Part shown: positions 29,930 through 40,591 of the stretch, piece by piece
Position numbering within the stretch: the stretch's first letter is position 1
Layout: every line of letters starts with the position of its first letter
From: Halorarum halobium
GTDB taxonomy: Archaea; Halobacteriota; Halobacteria; Halobacteriales; Haloferacaceae
DNA length: 64,000 bases
NCBI RefSeq assembly: GCF_032116555.1
Contig: NZ_CP134951.1
Span: forward strand, 1-64,000
Direction of reading: 5' to 3'
Notes under the pieces: generated by a model
Told to the model about the DNA's origin: nothing
The model's database searches: none
The model's input: the letters and a program-made list of their open reading frames with translations, nothing else
Made by a program: the position numbers and the translations under genes

Positions 29930-31282
29930 TTACGCCTCGGGTCTGCCCGCCGGCCCCGCGTCGAGCTCCTCGATCGCGTCGCCGACGTGCTCGCGGGCCT
30001 GCTCGAACAGCTCGGTCGTCCGGTCGGCGTCCTCGGACTCGGCGGTGATGCGGACCAGCGGCTGGGTGCCGCTCGCGCGAACCAGGAACCAGCCGTCGGT
30101 CACGTCGACGCGAACGCCGTCGATGTCGGTGACGGCGTCGTAGCGGTCCCGGATCGTCTCGCTCACCGCGGCGACGACTTCGTCGTTTCGCTCGATGGAG
30201 ACGCTCTCGCGGCGGAGCGGCGTCGACTCCACGGTCGAGAGCTGCTCGGCCAGCGGGCCGCGCTCGGCGACCATCGAGGCGAGCCGCACGGCCGCCAGCG
30301 GTCCGTCGGGCGCGGGGACGGCGTCGGGCCAGATCCACGCGCCGCTCGGCTCGCCGCCGAACGCGACCGAGCGCTCGCGGGCGCGCTCCGCGACGTGCCC
30401 GTCGCCGACGGCCGTGAGCGTGAGCGACGCGCCGACGTCCTGGAGCGCCCGCCGGACGGCCATGCTGGTGTTGATCGGCGCGGCGATGCGCTCGCCCGGC
30501 TCGACCGCGTCGCGCGCGAACAGCGCGAGCAGCGCGTCGCCCGCCACGAACTCGCCCGTTTCCGTGACCGCGAGCATCCGGTCGGCGTCGCCGTCGTGAG
30601 CGATGCCCAGGTCGGCGTCGATGGCCCCGACGAACTGGCGGAGCGACCGGCAGTGCTCCGCGGTCGGCTCGCTCGGCCGGGCCGGGAACGAGCCGTCCGG
30701 TTGGGCGTTGAGCGTCTCCACGTCCGCGCCGAGCCGGTCGAGCGCGGCCGCGGTCAGCCGTCCGCTGCCGTTGCCGGGGTCGACGACGACCGAGAGCCCC
30801 TCGAGCGGCGCGCCCGCCTCCACGAGCGCGTCGACGTGGCGCTCGACCGCGTCCTCGGCGGTCTCGACGGCGCCGACGCCGTCCCAGTCGGCGCGGTCGA
30901 ACTCGCCGGACCGGATCCGTTCCGCGATCGCGTCCTGCTGGGGACCCACGTACGCCGAGCCCTGCTCGTCCCAGAGTTTGAGCCCGTTGTCGGCCGGCGG
31001 GTTGTGCGAGGCCGTGACGGTCACGCCCGCGTCGGCGTCGTACCAGCCGACGCCGCGGACGACCGTCGGCGTCGACACCTCGCCGAGGCGGACGACGTCG
31101 GCCCCGCACTCGGTGAGCCCCGCGACGAGCGCGTCCGCGAGCATCCGACCGCTGTCCCGCGGATCGCGCCCGACCACGACCCGGTCCCTGCCGGCCGAGG
31201 CCACCGCGCGCCCCACGTCGAGCGCCGTGGACGCGGTGACCTCGGACCCGACCTCGCCCCTGATTCCGCTGGTGCCGAACAT
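29930..31282 (-). CDS. glmM: Phosphohexomutase (phosphoglucosamine/phosphomannomutase)
   Basis: MFGTSGIRG, TASHNP, DGDADR, GGEPSG, RASGTQP; specificity inferred from neighbouring glmS and glmU-like genes. Confidence 0.85.
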   Translation of the reverse strand: MFGTSGIRGEVGSEVTASTALDVGRAVASAGRDRVVVGRDPRDSGRMLADALVAGLTECGADVVRLGEVSTPTVVRGVGWYDADAGVTVTASHNPPADNGLKLWDEQGSAYVGPQQDAIAERIRSGEFDRADWDGVGAVETAEDAVERHVDALVEAGAPLEGLSVVVDPGNGSGRLTAAALDRLGADVETLNAQPDGSFPARPSEPTAEHCRSLRQFVGAIDADLGIAHDGDADRMLAVTETGEFVAGDALLALFARDAVEPGERIAAPINTSMAVRRALQDVGASLTLTAVGDGHVAERARERSVAFGGEPSGAWIWPDAVPAPDGPLAAVRLASMVAERGPLAEQLSTVESTPLRRESVSIERNDEVVAAVSETIRDRYDAVTDIDGVRVDVTDGWFLVRASGTQPLVRITAESEDADRTTELFEQAREHVGDAIEELDAGPAGRPEA

Positions 31283-31397
31283 GGGTGGTGCTGTCCCAGC
31301 CGGACAATAGTTATACTGCTTATACTCCGACGCCCTCGTCGTCGGTCGCGACGTCGCGTTTCGGGCCGGAACCGCACCCGTTCCGCTCGTGTGGTGG

Positions 31398-32879
31398 CTA
31401 CGTGTCTGTCTCGGCGTCGTCGCCACCGGCGGAACTGTTGGCGGCACCCGAACCGGTCCCGCCGAGGTCCGCAGCTCCGGCGCCGTTGGCGTCACTTGCA
31501 CCGGGCTCGCCGACCTCGCCGATGCCGACGTCGGCGGGATCGACCTCGCCGGTGCCGGCGTCCCGAGCGGCGGCGTCCGCATCGGCGCCGCGGGGCTCCT
31601 CGACCGCTCGGCCGTGGTCCGCCGCTCGCCCGTGACCGTTGACCGCGGGGTCGCCGGCGAGTCGACCGTCCGCCCCGTCCTCGTCGTTCGACGGGCTGCG
31701 GAGGCCGGGCGGCCCCGAGCGCACGGGAGAGACGTCGGCGCCTCCGGCGGCCTCGTCTCGCGCCCCGCGACGACTGACGACCGCCGCGTCGGCGTCGACG
31801 GGCCCGACCGCGTCCCGGCCCGTCCGGTCGGCCCGGCGACCGCGGCGCGTGCCGCCGGTTCGCCGGTCCGCGCCGTTCAACGCCGCGTTCGCGTCCATGT
31901 CGAGCGTCATCGCCCACAGGGTCGAGAGCACGCCCAGCAACCCGACCAGAAGCGACGAGCCGAGCGCGGCCGCCGCCCCGCCGCCGGCGAGCCCCGGAAC
32001 CGTCGCGCCCGCGAGCGCGGCCGCCCCGGCGACCACGCCGAGGCCCCCGGCGAGCGTCGCCAGCGCGCCGACCGCGTAGGCGAACACGAGCGGGTGGAAG
32101 TCGAACAGGAGGTACTTCGTCCGCATGCGCCAGAGGAAGTTTCGGAGGAGCATCCCCGACACCTTCGGGATGTACGTCGAGTAGTCGATGTGGCTCTCCT
32201 CCTCGCCGTACGTCACGGGCCGCGGGACGTCGAGTACCCGGAGCCCGGCGACGTTGAGTTTGACGAGCAGGTCGTTGCAGTAGCCGTAGAACTCGTACAT
32301 CCCGTCGATGTCGGCCCGTTCGAGCGCCTCCAGCGAGATGGCGGTGTAGCCGCTCTGGGGGTCGCCGGTCGTCCAGTAGCCGCTGGCCATCTTCGTCAGC
32401 CCCGAGAGGACGGCGTTGCCGACGAAGCGGAACGCCGGCATCTCGTCCCGGTCGGTCCGGTTCAGGAACCGGTTCCCCTTGGTGTAGTCGGCCCGCCCCT
32501 CGACGATGGGGTCGAGCAGCGCGTCGAGCATCTCCGGCTCCATCTGGTCGTCCCCGCCCATCACGGTCGTCACCGCCATGCCGTCCTCGCGGGCGTGCCG
32601 GTAGCCGGTCTTTATCGCCCCGCCGACGCCGCGGTTCTCCTCGTGCTCGATGGGCACGACGCGCCGCGTGAACCGGCGCGGCCCGTCCGGCGCCGGCTCG
32701 AACGCCTCGTTGAGACGGCTCGCCGTCTCGCGGATCTCGGCCAGGGTGCCGTCAGTGGAGCCGTCGTCGACGACGTACACCCGGTCGACGAACGACGGCA
32801 CGCCCTCGAGGGTTCGGCCGACGAGTCCCTCCTCGTTGTATGCCGGGATGACGACCCCGACGGTGTGTCCTCGGTACAT
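31398..32879 (-). CDS. GT2 glycosyltransferase with C-terminal TMs and acidic tail
   Basis: VVIPAYNEE, VVDDGSTD, NRGVGGA, GDDQM, KGNRF, DPQSGY. Confidence 0.92.
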   Translation of the reverse strand: MYRGHTVGVVIPAYNEEGLVGRTLEGVPSFVDRVYVVDDGSTDGTLAEIRETASRLNEAFEPAPDGPRRFTRRVVPIEHEENRGVGGAIKTGYRHAREDGMAVTTVMGGDDQMEPEMLDALLDPIVEGRADYTKGNRFLNRTDRDEMPAFRFVGNAVLSGLTKMASGYWTTGDPQSGYTAISLEALERADIDGMYEFYGYCNDLLVKLNVAGLRVLDVPRPVTYGEEESHIDYSTYIPKVSGMLLRNFLWRMRTKYLLFDFHPLVFAYAVGALATLAGGLGVVAGAAALAGATVPGLAGGGAAAALGSSLLVGLLGVLSTLWAMTLDMDANAALNGADRRTGGTRRGRRADRTGRDAVGPVDADAAVVSRRGARDEAAGGADVSPVRSGPPGLRSPSNDEDGADGRLAGDPAVNGHGRAADHGRAVEEPRGADADAAARDAGTGEVDPADVGIGEVGEPGASDANGAGAADLGGTGSGAANSSAGGDDAETDT

Positions 32880-33127
32880 GATCTCGCCGGGGCTGTGCCC
32901 GGCAGGTCGTGCCAGCGTACGCCCACGAACGGTTTTGTTACCCGTCTCCTGTCGCGTCGCCTCGGCCGCTGGCGGACGTCAGCCGCAGGGTAAACAGGCC
33001 GAGATTACCTGACCGAAGGCCGATACGACTCGACCCGTCCGCGACGGGGACCGATCGCGGCGAAACTGGCCGCCTGCGGGCCACAGCCGCTCCATAACAA
33101 AGCCTCGCGTCCGGGACCGGAAACGCA

Positions 33128-35575
33128 ATGACCGGGAACCGCGCCGCCGAGCGGACCGCCGCGTTCACGCTCGCGGTCGTCGTCGTGACCAGCGCAGTGA
33201 CCGCCGTGCCGGGCCTCGTGCTGTTCGTCGGGACCGCCGCGGCGAACTACGACGGCAGCGTCGCGGTCGCACAGGGCACGAACTGCTACGACGTCACGCC
33301 GGTGAGCGGCAACCAGGACGTGATCGACTTCTACGACTACCGGAACCCGGAAACCGAGCCGTCGTCGAGCACCTACAGCTCCTTCGGGACCACGGAGTAC
33401 CAGGAGACGAGCGTCTCCTCGATGTTCGTGTACGAGGGCTCCGAGGGGACGAGCCTCGTCGTCGTCCACGACCGCACGGGCGACGAGGACGGCGGGACCA
33501 CCATCACGTGGGAGCTCTCCGGGCTCCCCGCGGACGCGGAACTGGCCGTGCAGGACGACCAGTACACGAAGCCGAACGGTGAGCCCCAGGACGACGACTT
33601 CGAGTACGCTGACGGCGATCCGACCGCGGACATCGACTGGAAGTACGCCGAGAACCGAACCGATGGGGCGGCCTTCCGGGGGCTGGAGAGCGAGGGGTTC
33701 GACACCATCACCATCGACCCGGCGTACAACGAGGAGGCAGATCACTGGGGCGATTGGGGAAGATCCGGCTCCCCCGAGTTCCGGGTGGACGCCTGGAAAC
33801 TGAAGGAGGAGGGCGGCAGCACGGTCGCGGAACTTGCGCTCGACCGGTCCGTCTACGTCCACGGTAGCCCCTGCTGGTCCGGGTCCGCCCCCGACGCGAC
33901 GATCGAGAACCCCGACTCCCCCGCAGTGAACGAGTCGGTCACGTTCGACGCGGCCGGCACCGTCGACGCCGACGGCAACGTCGCCGGCTACGAGTGGGAC
34001 TTCGACGGCGACGGCGAGACCGACGAGACCACCACGGACGCGACCGCCGCGCACGCGTTCAACGAGTCCGGACCCCGCTCGGTCTCGGTCACGGCGTTCG
34101 ACACGTACGGGAACAACGACACGGCGACGACGCAGGTGCTCGTCGGAAACACGCCGCCGACCGCCGATCTGACCGCGTCCCCCGCCGCGGCCGCGCTGAA
34201 CGAGACCGTCACCCTGAACGCCTCGGCGTCCGCCGCCGCCGACGGCGACATCGGGACGTACGAGTGGGACGTCGACGGCGACGGGGTGGTGGACAGAACC
34301 ACCACGAACGCGACGATCGAGCACGCGTACGCGGAGAACGGGACCTACGACGCGACCGTCACCGTCGTCGGCGGCGACGGCGAGAACGCCTCCGCATCCG
34401 TCGAGGTCGCCGTGACCGACGAGCCGCCGACAGCCGCGTTCTCGGCCCCCGACTCGGTGACGGTGAACGAGACCGCGACGTTCGACGCCGCGAACGCCAC
34501 CGACGACGGCGGCATCGAGACGTACGAGTGGGCGTTCGGCGACGACGCGACCGCGACCGGCGAGACGGTCGCGCACGCGTACGAACGACCCGGTAACTAC
34601 ACGGTGACGCTCACGGTCGCGGACGGGCGGTCGAACGACACCGCCTCGAGGGAGGTCACCGTCACCGACCCCGACGAGGGCACCGGCAACGAGAGCGAGG
34701 ACGGTGACGACGGAAACGGTACCGATGGCGACGACGGTGACGGGAGCGGTGACGGCGACGGCGGCGGCGGTGGAGCGCCGCCGAGCGGCGGCGGCAGCCC
34801 CCCGAGCAGCGGCGGCGGCGCGCCGCCCGCCGGCGGAGGTGGCGGTGGTGGAGGCGGTGGCGGCGGCGGGGCGAGCGAGGCCGAGGAGCCCGACCCACAG
34901 CCCGCCTTCGAGGTCGGCGCGCTGAACGCCACCGCGACCGAACTGGTCGCGGGCGGGACGGCGACGTTCTCGCTCCCGGTGGCCAACGCCGGCAACGCCT
35001 CGGGCAACACGACCGTCGCGTTCGCGGTGAACGGGACGACGCTGGCCAACCAGACGGTCGAGGTCGGCCCCGGCGAGAACACGACCGTCAGCTTCTCCCA
35101 CCGCTTCGACGAGGCCGGCACGGCGACCGTCGCGGTCGGCGACGTCGCGCCGGTCGCGGTCGAGGTGCGCCCGGCCGAACCGGACCTCCGGGTGATGGCG
35201 CTCACGACCGACACGGACTCGGTCACCGAGGGCGAGCGGGTCCGCCTCGACGCCACCGTCCGCAACGCCGGCCACGCCGCCGGCTCGATGGAGGTCGAAC
35301 TGGAGCTGTTCGACGAGGTCGTGGCCGTGGAGACCGTCTCGGTCGAACCGGGCGAGACGCGCACCGTCTCGTTCACGAGACGGATCAGCGCGCCCGGCAC
35401 CTACACCGCGAGCGTCGCGGGGCGGAACGTGACCCTCACCGTGGTCGACACCGCCGACCCGACGCCCCCGTCCACCGACTCGACCGCGACCACGACGCCC
35501 GGGTTCACGGCGCTCGAGGGGCTGCTCGCGCTGCTCGTGGCGCTCGCGCTCGCCGTCGGCCGCCGGGAACGCTGA
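33128..35575 (+). CDS. Secreted PKD/CARDB-repeat surface glycoprotein with PGF-CTERM anchor
   Basis: Hydrophobic signal; three PKD-like repeats (YEWDFDGDG, YEWDVDGDG, YEWAFGD); poly-Gly linker; TTTPGF+TM+RRER; many N-x-S/T sequons. Confidence 0.88.
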   Translation: MTGNRAAERTAAFTLAVVVVTSAVTAVPGLVLFVGTAAANYDGSVAVAQGTNCYDVTPVSGNQDVIDFYDYRNPETEPSSSTYSSFGTTEYQETSVSSMFVYEGSEGTSLVVVHDRTGDEDGGTTITWELSGLPADAELAVQDDQYTKPNGEPQDDDFEYADGDPTADIDWKYAENRTDGAAFRGLESEGFDTITIDPAYNEEADHWGDWGRSGSPEFRVDAWKLKEEGGSTVAELALDRSVYVHGSPCWSGSAPDATIENPDSPAVNESVTFDAAGTVDADGNVAGYEWDFDGDGETDETTTDATAAHAFNESGPRSVSVTAFDTYGNNDTATTQVLVGNTPPTADLTASPAAAALNETVTLNASASAAADGDIGTYEWDVDGDGVVDRTTTNATIEHAYAENGTYDATVTVVGGDGENASASVEVAVTDEPPTAAFSAPDSVTVNETATFDAANATDDGGIETYEWAFGDDATATGETVAHAYERPGNYTVTLTVADGRSNDTASREVTVTDPDEGTGNESEDGDDGNGTDGDDGDGSGDGDGGGGGAPPSGGGSPPSSGGGAPPAGGGGGGGGGGGGGASEAEEPDPQPAFEVGALNATATELVAGGTATFSLPVANAGNASGNTTVAFAVNGTTLANQTVEVGPGENTTVSFSHRFDEAGTATVAVGDVAPVAVEVRPAEPDLRVMALTTDTDSVTEGERVRLDATVRNAGHAAGSMEVELELFDEVVAVETVSVEPGETRTVSFTRRISAPGTYTASVAGRNVTLTVVDTADPTPPSTDSTATTTPGFTALEGLLALLVALALAVGRRER

Positions 35576-35696
35576 TCCGATCCGGCCGATTCGCCCCCGG
35601 GTAACCCGCGTTCCCGTTCGGAAGGGTGTGCCAAACGGCGGGACTGCGACGTGTTGACGCACATTAACAAAGGTCGTCTCCCCACCACCGTCGCTC

Positions 35697-37058
35697 ATGC
35701 GAGTTCGACACGTGAAGTCGTCGACCGTGATCGTCGAGGACGGGGACACGTCCGTCCTGTGTGACCCGTGGCTGCTCGACGGAGCGTTCTACGGCTCCTG
35801 GGTCCACTACCCGCCGCCGGCGATCGAACCCGAGGACGTCGACGTCGACTACATCTACGTCTCCCACATCCACCCGGACCACTTCCACCGGGAGACGATG
35901 GAGCGGCTCGACACCGACACGCCGGTGCTCATCCACGACTACGCGACCGACTTCCTCAAGCAGAACATCGAGCGCCTCGGCTTCGAGACGGTCGAACTCC
36001 CGCACGCCGAGCGCACCCACCTGAAGGGCGACCTCCACATCAACGTCCTCGGGGCCGACAACTGCGACCCTGAGGTCTGTGGCAGCTACTTCGGCTGCGG
36101 CTGGTGGATGGAGGGCGCGTCCGACCGGACCACCGACGGCTCGACCCAGATCGACTCGATGGGCGTCTTCGACGACGGCGAGTCGGTGCTGGTCAACGCC
36201 AACGACTGCCGCTGGCCGCTCTCCGAGCAGGCCTGCATGACGGTGAACGAGCAGTACGGCGAGATCGACATGCTGCTCATGCAGTACTCGGCGGCGAACT
36301 TCTACCCGCAGTGCATGGACGACTACACGCCCGAGGAGAAGCGCGAGGCCCGCGAGGAGGTCATCGAGGAGATGTACCGGGACGCCGAGGGGTTCATCAA
36401 CGTCCTCGAACCGAAACACGTCATGCCGTTCGCGGGGAGCTACACGCTCTCGGGGTCGCTCACGCACCTCAACCAGTACGTCGCCTCGCCCAGCCGACAG
36501 GAGGCGTACGAGCACTTCTCGACGAGCGACACCGTCGAGCCGGACCACACCGAACCGGTGCTGGTCAACAGCGACGAGTGGGTCGACGTGAAGACCGGCG
36601 AGCAGTCCGCCCCGTACACGCCGGTCGATCCGACGGAGAAGATCCAGTACATCCAGGACGAGCTCTCGACGGTCTCGTTCCCGCACGAGAGCGACGAGAT
36701 GCCCACCGTCTCCGAGTTCGAGGAGGTGCTCGACCAGGCCTACGAGCACTTCGACGCGAAGCGGCGCGACATCAACTGGGAGAGCGACACGACCGTCCTC
36801 CTCGAACTCGTCGACGACCGGGTCGCCTCGCTCTCGATGGCTGGCGAGGGCTGGGAGATCGTTTCCGAGCGCGAGGCCAGGCAGGTCGAGGACTACGTCC
36901 GGATGAACGTGGATCCCCGCCTGCTCTACCGCATCCTCAGGGGGCCCCAGTACGCCCACTTCAACAACGCCCAGATCGGCTCGCACATCGGCTTCGAGAA
37001 GGAGCCCGACGTCTACGAGCGGCCGCTCTACTACTCGATGAGCTTCCTGCACGCCTGA
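35697..37058 (+). CDS. Metallo-beta-lactamase-fold protein (UlaG/CMAH-like)
   Basis: DPWLLDGAF.GSW, YVSHIHPDH, IDS, NANDC, MPFAG. Confidence 0.8.
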   Translation: MRVRHVKSSTVIVEDGDTSVLCDPWLLDGAFYGSWVHYPPPAIEPEDVDVDYIYVSHIHPDHFHRETMERLDTDTPVLIHDYATDFLKQNIERLGFETVELPHAERTHLKGDLHINVLGADNCDPEVCGSYFGCGWWMEGASDRTTDGSTQIDSMGVFDDGESVLVNANDCRWPLSEQACMTVNEQYGEIDMLLMQYSAANFYPQCMDDYTPEEKREAREEVIEEMYRDAEGFINVLEPKHVMPFAGSYTLSGSLTHLNQYVASPSRQEAYEHFSTSDTVEPDHTEPVLVNSDEWVDVKTGEQSAPYTPVDPTEKIQYIQDELSTVSFPHESDEMPTVSEFEEVLDQAYEHFDAKRRDINWESDTTVLLELVDDRVASLSMAGEGWEIVSEREARQVEDYVRMNVDPRLLYRILRGPQYAHFNNAQIGSHIGFEKEPDVYERPLYYSMSFLHA

Positions 37059-37358
37059 CCGGCACCGTCGACCCCGTTCGGCCGGCGGGACGACACGCCA
37101 CCGTCCCGCCGCGACCCCCCACGCTCCCCCGTGTATCCTGCCTATAACAATGTCCGCGTCACTACTCCACCAACCCGACTCGATGATGTGTTCGACGGGA
37201 CCCGAGGGTTCGTGTGGCCGACAGGGAGGCTCCCGACGCGGGGGGGCGACACCCCCAGCGACGGTCGCGTGTCGGCGACTCGCCGACCGCGGACCGGGCG
37301 CGGGGCGCGTCCGGCGGAGCGACGGCCCGCGTCGGCGCGGACGCGGGGGCCGGGACCG

Positions 37359-38429
37359 ATGACCACCCACAGCGCCACCGAGGCGGCGACCCGGCGGTTC
37401 CCGGCCGACGTGCCCCTCGTCGTGCTCTACGCCGCGGCCGTGACGGGGCTCGTGATCTCCGGGCCGTCGCTGTTCGCCGGCCCGCTCCGCGTCGTCGTCT
37501 CGCTCCCGCTGCTCGTGTTCCTGCCGGGCTACGCGATCCTCGCGGTGCTGTACCCCGGACGGCCGACCGACGCCTCGACGGGCGGGGCGGTGAACGACCG
37601 GTCGGCCCTGCTCGACCGGGAGGGGCTCCCCTGGGGAGAGCGCGCGGCCGTCTCCTTCGCCGCGAGCCTCGCACTGTTGCCGCTGCTCGCCGTGCTGCTC
37701 GCGGTCGCGCGGGTTCCAATGGAGCCGGTTCCCATCACCGTCAGCCTGGCGACGGTCACGGTGCTCGGCTCCGTGGTCGGCGCGCTACGCAGGCTCCAGC
37801 TTCCGGTCGAGGGACGGCTCAGGCTCCCCGTCCACCGGTGGGCGTCGGAACTGGGACGCGGCACCGTCGGCGCCCCCTCGCGGCGGGACGCGCTCGTGAA
37901 CACCGTCCTGCTCGTGGCGGTCGTGGCGGCGCTGTCGGGGCTGGCGTACGGGCTCGCCGCGCCCCCGACCGACGGCGGCGGTTACACCGACTACGCGCTC
38001 GTGACCGACCAGGGCGACCGGCTCGTGGCCAGCAACTTCACCACCGAGTTCGACGGCGGCGAGTCGGCCTCGATGGTGTTGACCGTGGAGAACCAGGAGG
38101 GCGTCCCGCAGCGATACACGGCGGTCGTCACGCTGGAGCGCGTTCGCGGCTCCGGCGGGAACTTCAGCGTCGTCGAGCGCCAGGAGCTCACCCGGCTCTC
38201 GACGACCGTCGGCGATAACGAGACCGCCCGCGAACCGCACACGATCCAGCCGACGATGCTCGGCGAGGATCTCCGGCTCAGCTACTACCTCTACGCCGGC
38301 GACGCGCCGGACGTGGTCTCTGACGCCCCCGCGGACGAACACCTCTACCTCTGGGTCGACGTCGGCCGGGGCGCGGCCGGGAACGAATCGGCCGCCGTTC
38401 AGGAGCCGCGGGTCGCCGGGGCTGCCTGA
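37359..38429 (+). CDS. DUF1616-like membrane protein
   Basis: LLVFLPGYA....LYP, ERAAVSF..SLA, C-terminal extracellular domain (VENQEG..RYT, LYLWVDV). Confidence 0.82.
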   Translation: MTTHSATEAATRRFPADVPLVVLYAAAVTGLVISGPSLFAGPLRVVVSLPLLVFLPGYAILAVLYPGRPTDASTGGAVNDRSALLDREGLPWGERAAVSFAASLALLPLLAVLLAVARVPMEPVPITVSLATVTVLGSVVGALRRLQLPVEGRLRLPVHRWASELGRGTVGAPSRRDALVNTVLLVAVVAALSGLAYGLAAPPTDGGGYTDYALVTDQGDRLVASNFTTEFDGGESASMVLTVENQEGVPQRYTAVVTLERVRGSGGNFSVVERQELTRLSTTVGDNETAREPHTIQPTMLGEDLRLSYYLYAGDAPDVVSDAPADEHLYLWVDVGRGAAGNESAAVQEPRVAGAA

Positions 38430-38430
38430 G

Positions 38431-39018
38431 ATGTGGCCGTGGGAACACCTCGCCGTGGGCTACTTGCTCTACTCGGGCTACACGCGGCTCCGCGGGCAGG
38501 GCGCCCCGGCGACGCTCCCGGTGATCGCGCTCGTGCTCGCCACCCAGATGCCCGACATCATCGACAAGCCGCTGGCGTGGATGTGGGGCGTGCTCCCGGC
38601 GGGACGGTCGCTCGGCCACTCGCTGCTGTTCGCGACGCCCGCGACCGTGTTCGTGGGCATCACCGGCCTGCTCGCGCGCGTCCCCCGGATCACGCCGGCG
38701 TTCGCGCTCGGCTACTTCTCGCATCTCGCGGGCGACGTCGCCTACCCGCTCGTCGTCGCCGAGGACCTCAGGATCGGCTTCCTGTTCTGGCCGCTCGTGC
38801 CGGCCGGGGACGCGGAGGCACCCGAGGCGCTCCCGCACCTCCAGGAGCTCGTGATGGACTTTCTCGCCTTCCTGCTCACCCCCCGCGGGACGCTGTATCT
38901 CCTGTTCGAGGGGACGCTCGTCCTCGTGACGGTGCTGGTCTGGATCTGGGACGGCTTCCCCGGGGTGCGGCCGGTGATCGACGCCGTGACCCGGACTCCG
39001 AACCCGGACCGGCGGTGA
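38431..39018 (+). CDS. Membrane metal-dependent hydrolase (YdjM-like)
   Basis: MWPWEHLAVGY, PDIIDKPL, GRSLGHS, GYFSHLAGD. Confidence 0.85.
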   Translation: MWPWEHLAVGYLLYSGYTRLRGQGAPATLPVIALVLATQMPDIIDKPLAWMWGVLPAGRSLGHSLLFATPATVFVGITGLLARVPRITPAFALGYFSHLAGDVAYPLVVAEDLRIGFLFWPLVPAGDAEAPEALPHLQELVMDFLAFLLTPRGTLYLLFEGTLVLVTVLVWIWDGFPGVRPVIDAVTRTPNPDRR

Positions 39019-39139
39019 GCCGCGGCCGGGAGCGCCCCGGCCGGCTCCGACCCGCGGGCCGCGGCACGCCGGCTCGTTCCCGGCCCTTCGGGCCAAAGGC
39101 TCTCCATAACAATGTAGCGACGGGGGCCACGACACGTCG

Positions 39140-40261
39140 ATGACACTGCGAACGGCAGTCGTCGGCGGCGGGAACGTCTCCCGGATTCACCTCTCCGGGC
39201 TCTCGCAGAACCCACGAACCGAACTCGTCGGCATCTGTGACATCGACCGGGAGCGCGCACGGACGCTCGCGGAGGAGTACGACACGGACGCGTACTTCGA
39301 CGTGGAGGAACTGGTCGCCACGGCGGATCTCGACTGGATGCACGTCTGCACGCCGGTCCAGACCCACCTCGACGTGGCCAAGACGGCAATCGAGGCGGGC
39401 GTCCCCGTCCAGATCGAGAAGCCGACCACTGAGACGTACGAGGAGTTCGAGGAACTCGCGGCGACCGCGGACCGGCACGGCGTCACGGTGTCGGCCAAAC
39501 ACAACCGCGATTTCGACCCGGCGGTCAGGGCCGCCCAGGCGAAAGTCGAGGCGGGCGAACTCGGGGAGCTGAAGGGGGTCGACGTGGTGTACATGGGGTC
39601 GAGCCTCGCGGACGACCCAAACCGGGGCGACTGGAACTTCGACCTCTCGGGCGGCGAGTTCGAGGAGGGGATCCCGCACCCGCTGTACCTGGGGCTCCGG
39701 GTCGGCGGCTACCCGGAGAGCGAGGCCGCCGTCCAGGCCTCGACGAGCCTGTTCGGGACGTACGACAAGCCGTTCGACTACGACGCCATGCAGGTGCAGT
39801 ACCGGAGCGAGGACGGCGTGCTCTGCTCGACGCGGGTGATCGGCGGGACCGTGCCGAACCGGCTCATCCTGCTCCACGGCGACGAGTGCTCGCTCACGGT
39901 CGATCTGATCTCCCAGACGCTCGTCAAGCACGACCGGAAGTACAAGTCCTCGGTGGTCAACCGGGCGCTCAACAACGTCGACCGCATCGTCGACCGGACG
40001 CTCGGCACCGTCCGCAACGTCCGGGGGGTCATCCAGCGATCCCGGGACGATAGCTGGGACGCCGAACGCCGGGCCAACGGCCACTACTACCAGAACGACG
40101 CCGAGTCGAGGGCGCTCGAGAGCGGCGGCGAGATGCCGGTCCCGCTGGCGGAGGCCCGGTGGACCATCTTCCTCATGGAGGAGATTCGGAACGCGGCACG
40201 GAGCGACGGCTCCCCCGACGTCGAGTCCGTGGAGCCCGCGGTCGCCACCGACGGCGAGTGA
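39140..40261 (+). CDS. Gfo/Idh/MocA oxidoreductase
   Basis: AVVGGG, CTP..TH, IEKP, HNRDFDP, GGEFEEGIPH. Confidence 0.88.
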   Translation: MTLRTAVVGGGNVSRIHLSGLSQNPRTELVGICDIDRERARTLAEEYDTDAYFDVEELVATADLDWMHVCTPVQTHLDVAKTAIEAGVPVQIEKPTTETYEEFEELAATADRHGVTVSAKHNRDFDPAVRAAQAKVEAGELGELKGVDVVYMGSSLADDPNRGDWNFDLSGGEFEEGIPHPLYLGLRVGGYPESEAAVQASTSLFGTYDKPFDYDAMQVQYRSEDGVLCSTRVIGGTVPNRLILLHGDECSLTVDLISQTLVKHDRKYKSSVVNRALNNVDRIVDRTLGTVRNVRGVIQRSRDDSWDAERRANGHYYQNDAESRALESGGEMPVPLAEARWTIFLMEEIRNAARSDGSPDVESVEPAVATDGE

Positions 40262-40265
40262 ACCG

Positions 40266-40335
40266 CGGCGCTCACGCCTGAGACGACCTGCCTCCACGGC
40301 GCTCACGCCTGAGACGACCTGCCTCCACGGCGCTC
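40266..40335 (+). repeat. 31-bp perfect tandem duplication (about 2.3 copies)
   Basis: CGGCGCTCACGCCTGAGACGACCTGCCTCCA x2 + CGGCGCTC. Confidence 0.9.
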
Positions 40336-40591
40336 GGCCCGCCCGTCACGGCCGAGACCGTCGTCGCTCGCCCTGCTCCTGCCCGTCCGCTGACGCTGCC
40401 GGCTCTCCCACCCGTCCGCGTTTCCCCGCCGATCGCTGGCGCGGCCCGCCCTCGCGCCGTTCACGGTTCGCCGCCGCACTTCGCCGCTCACGACCTGCCG
40501 CCTGCACCCCGTCGCGCGCACCCCATCGCCCTGACATTCTCCGACGACTGCGGCACACCGTTTTTACGACACACCCGCCAAGTGGAACCCG

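Noticed and set aside
28746..31307. 853-aa fusion ORF, and similarly extended ORFs 51915-54761, 54328-56217 and 14578-16461
   Set aside because: The N-terminal parts are off-frame read-through of upstream genes; real starts are at 29813, 53351, 55449 and 15835, and no frameshift is needed
40266..40335. 31-bp repeat as a mini-CRISPR
   Set aside because: The copies are directly adjacent with no spacer
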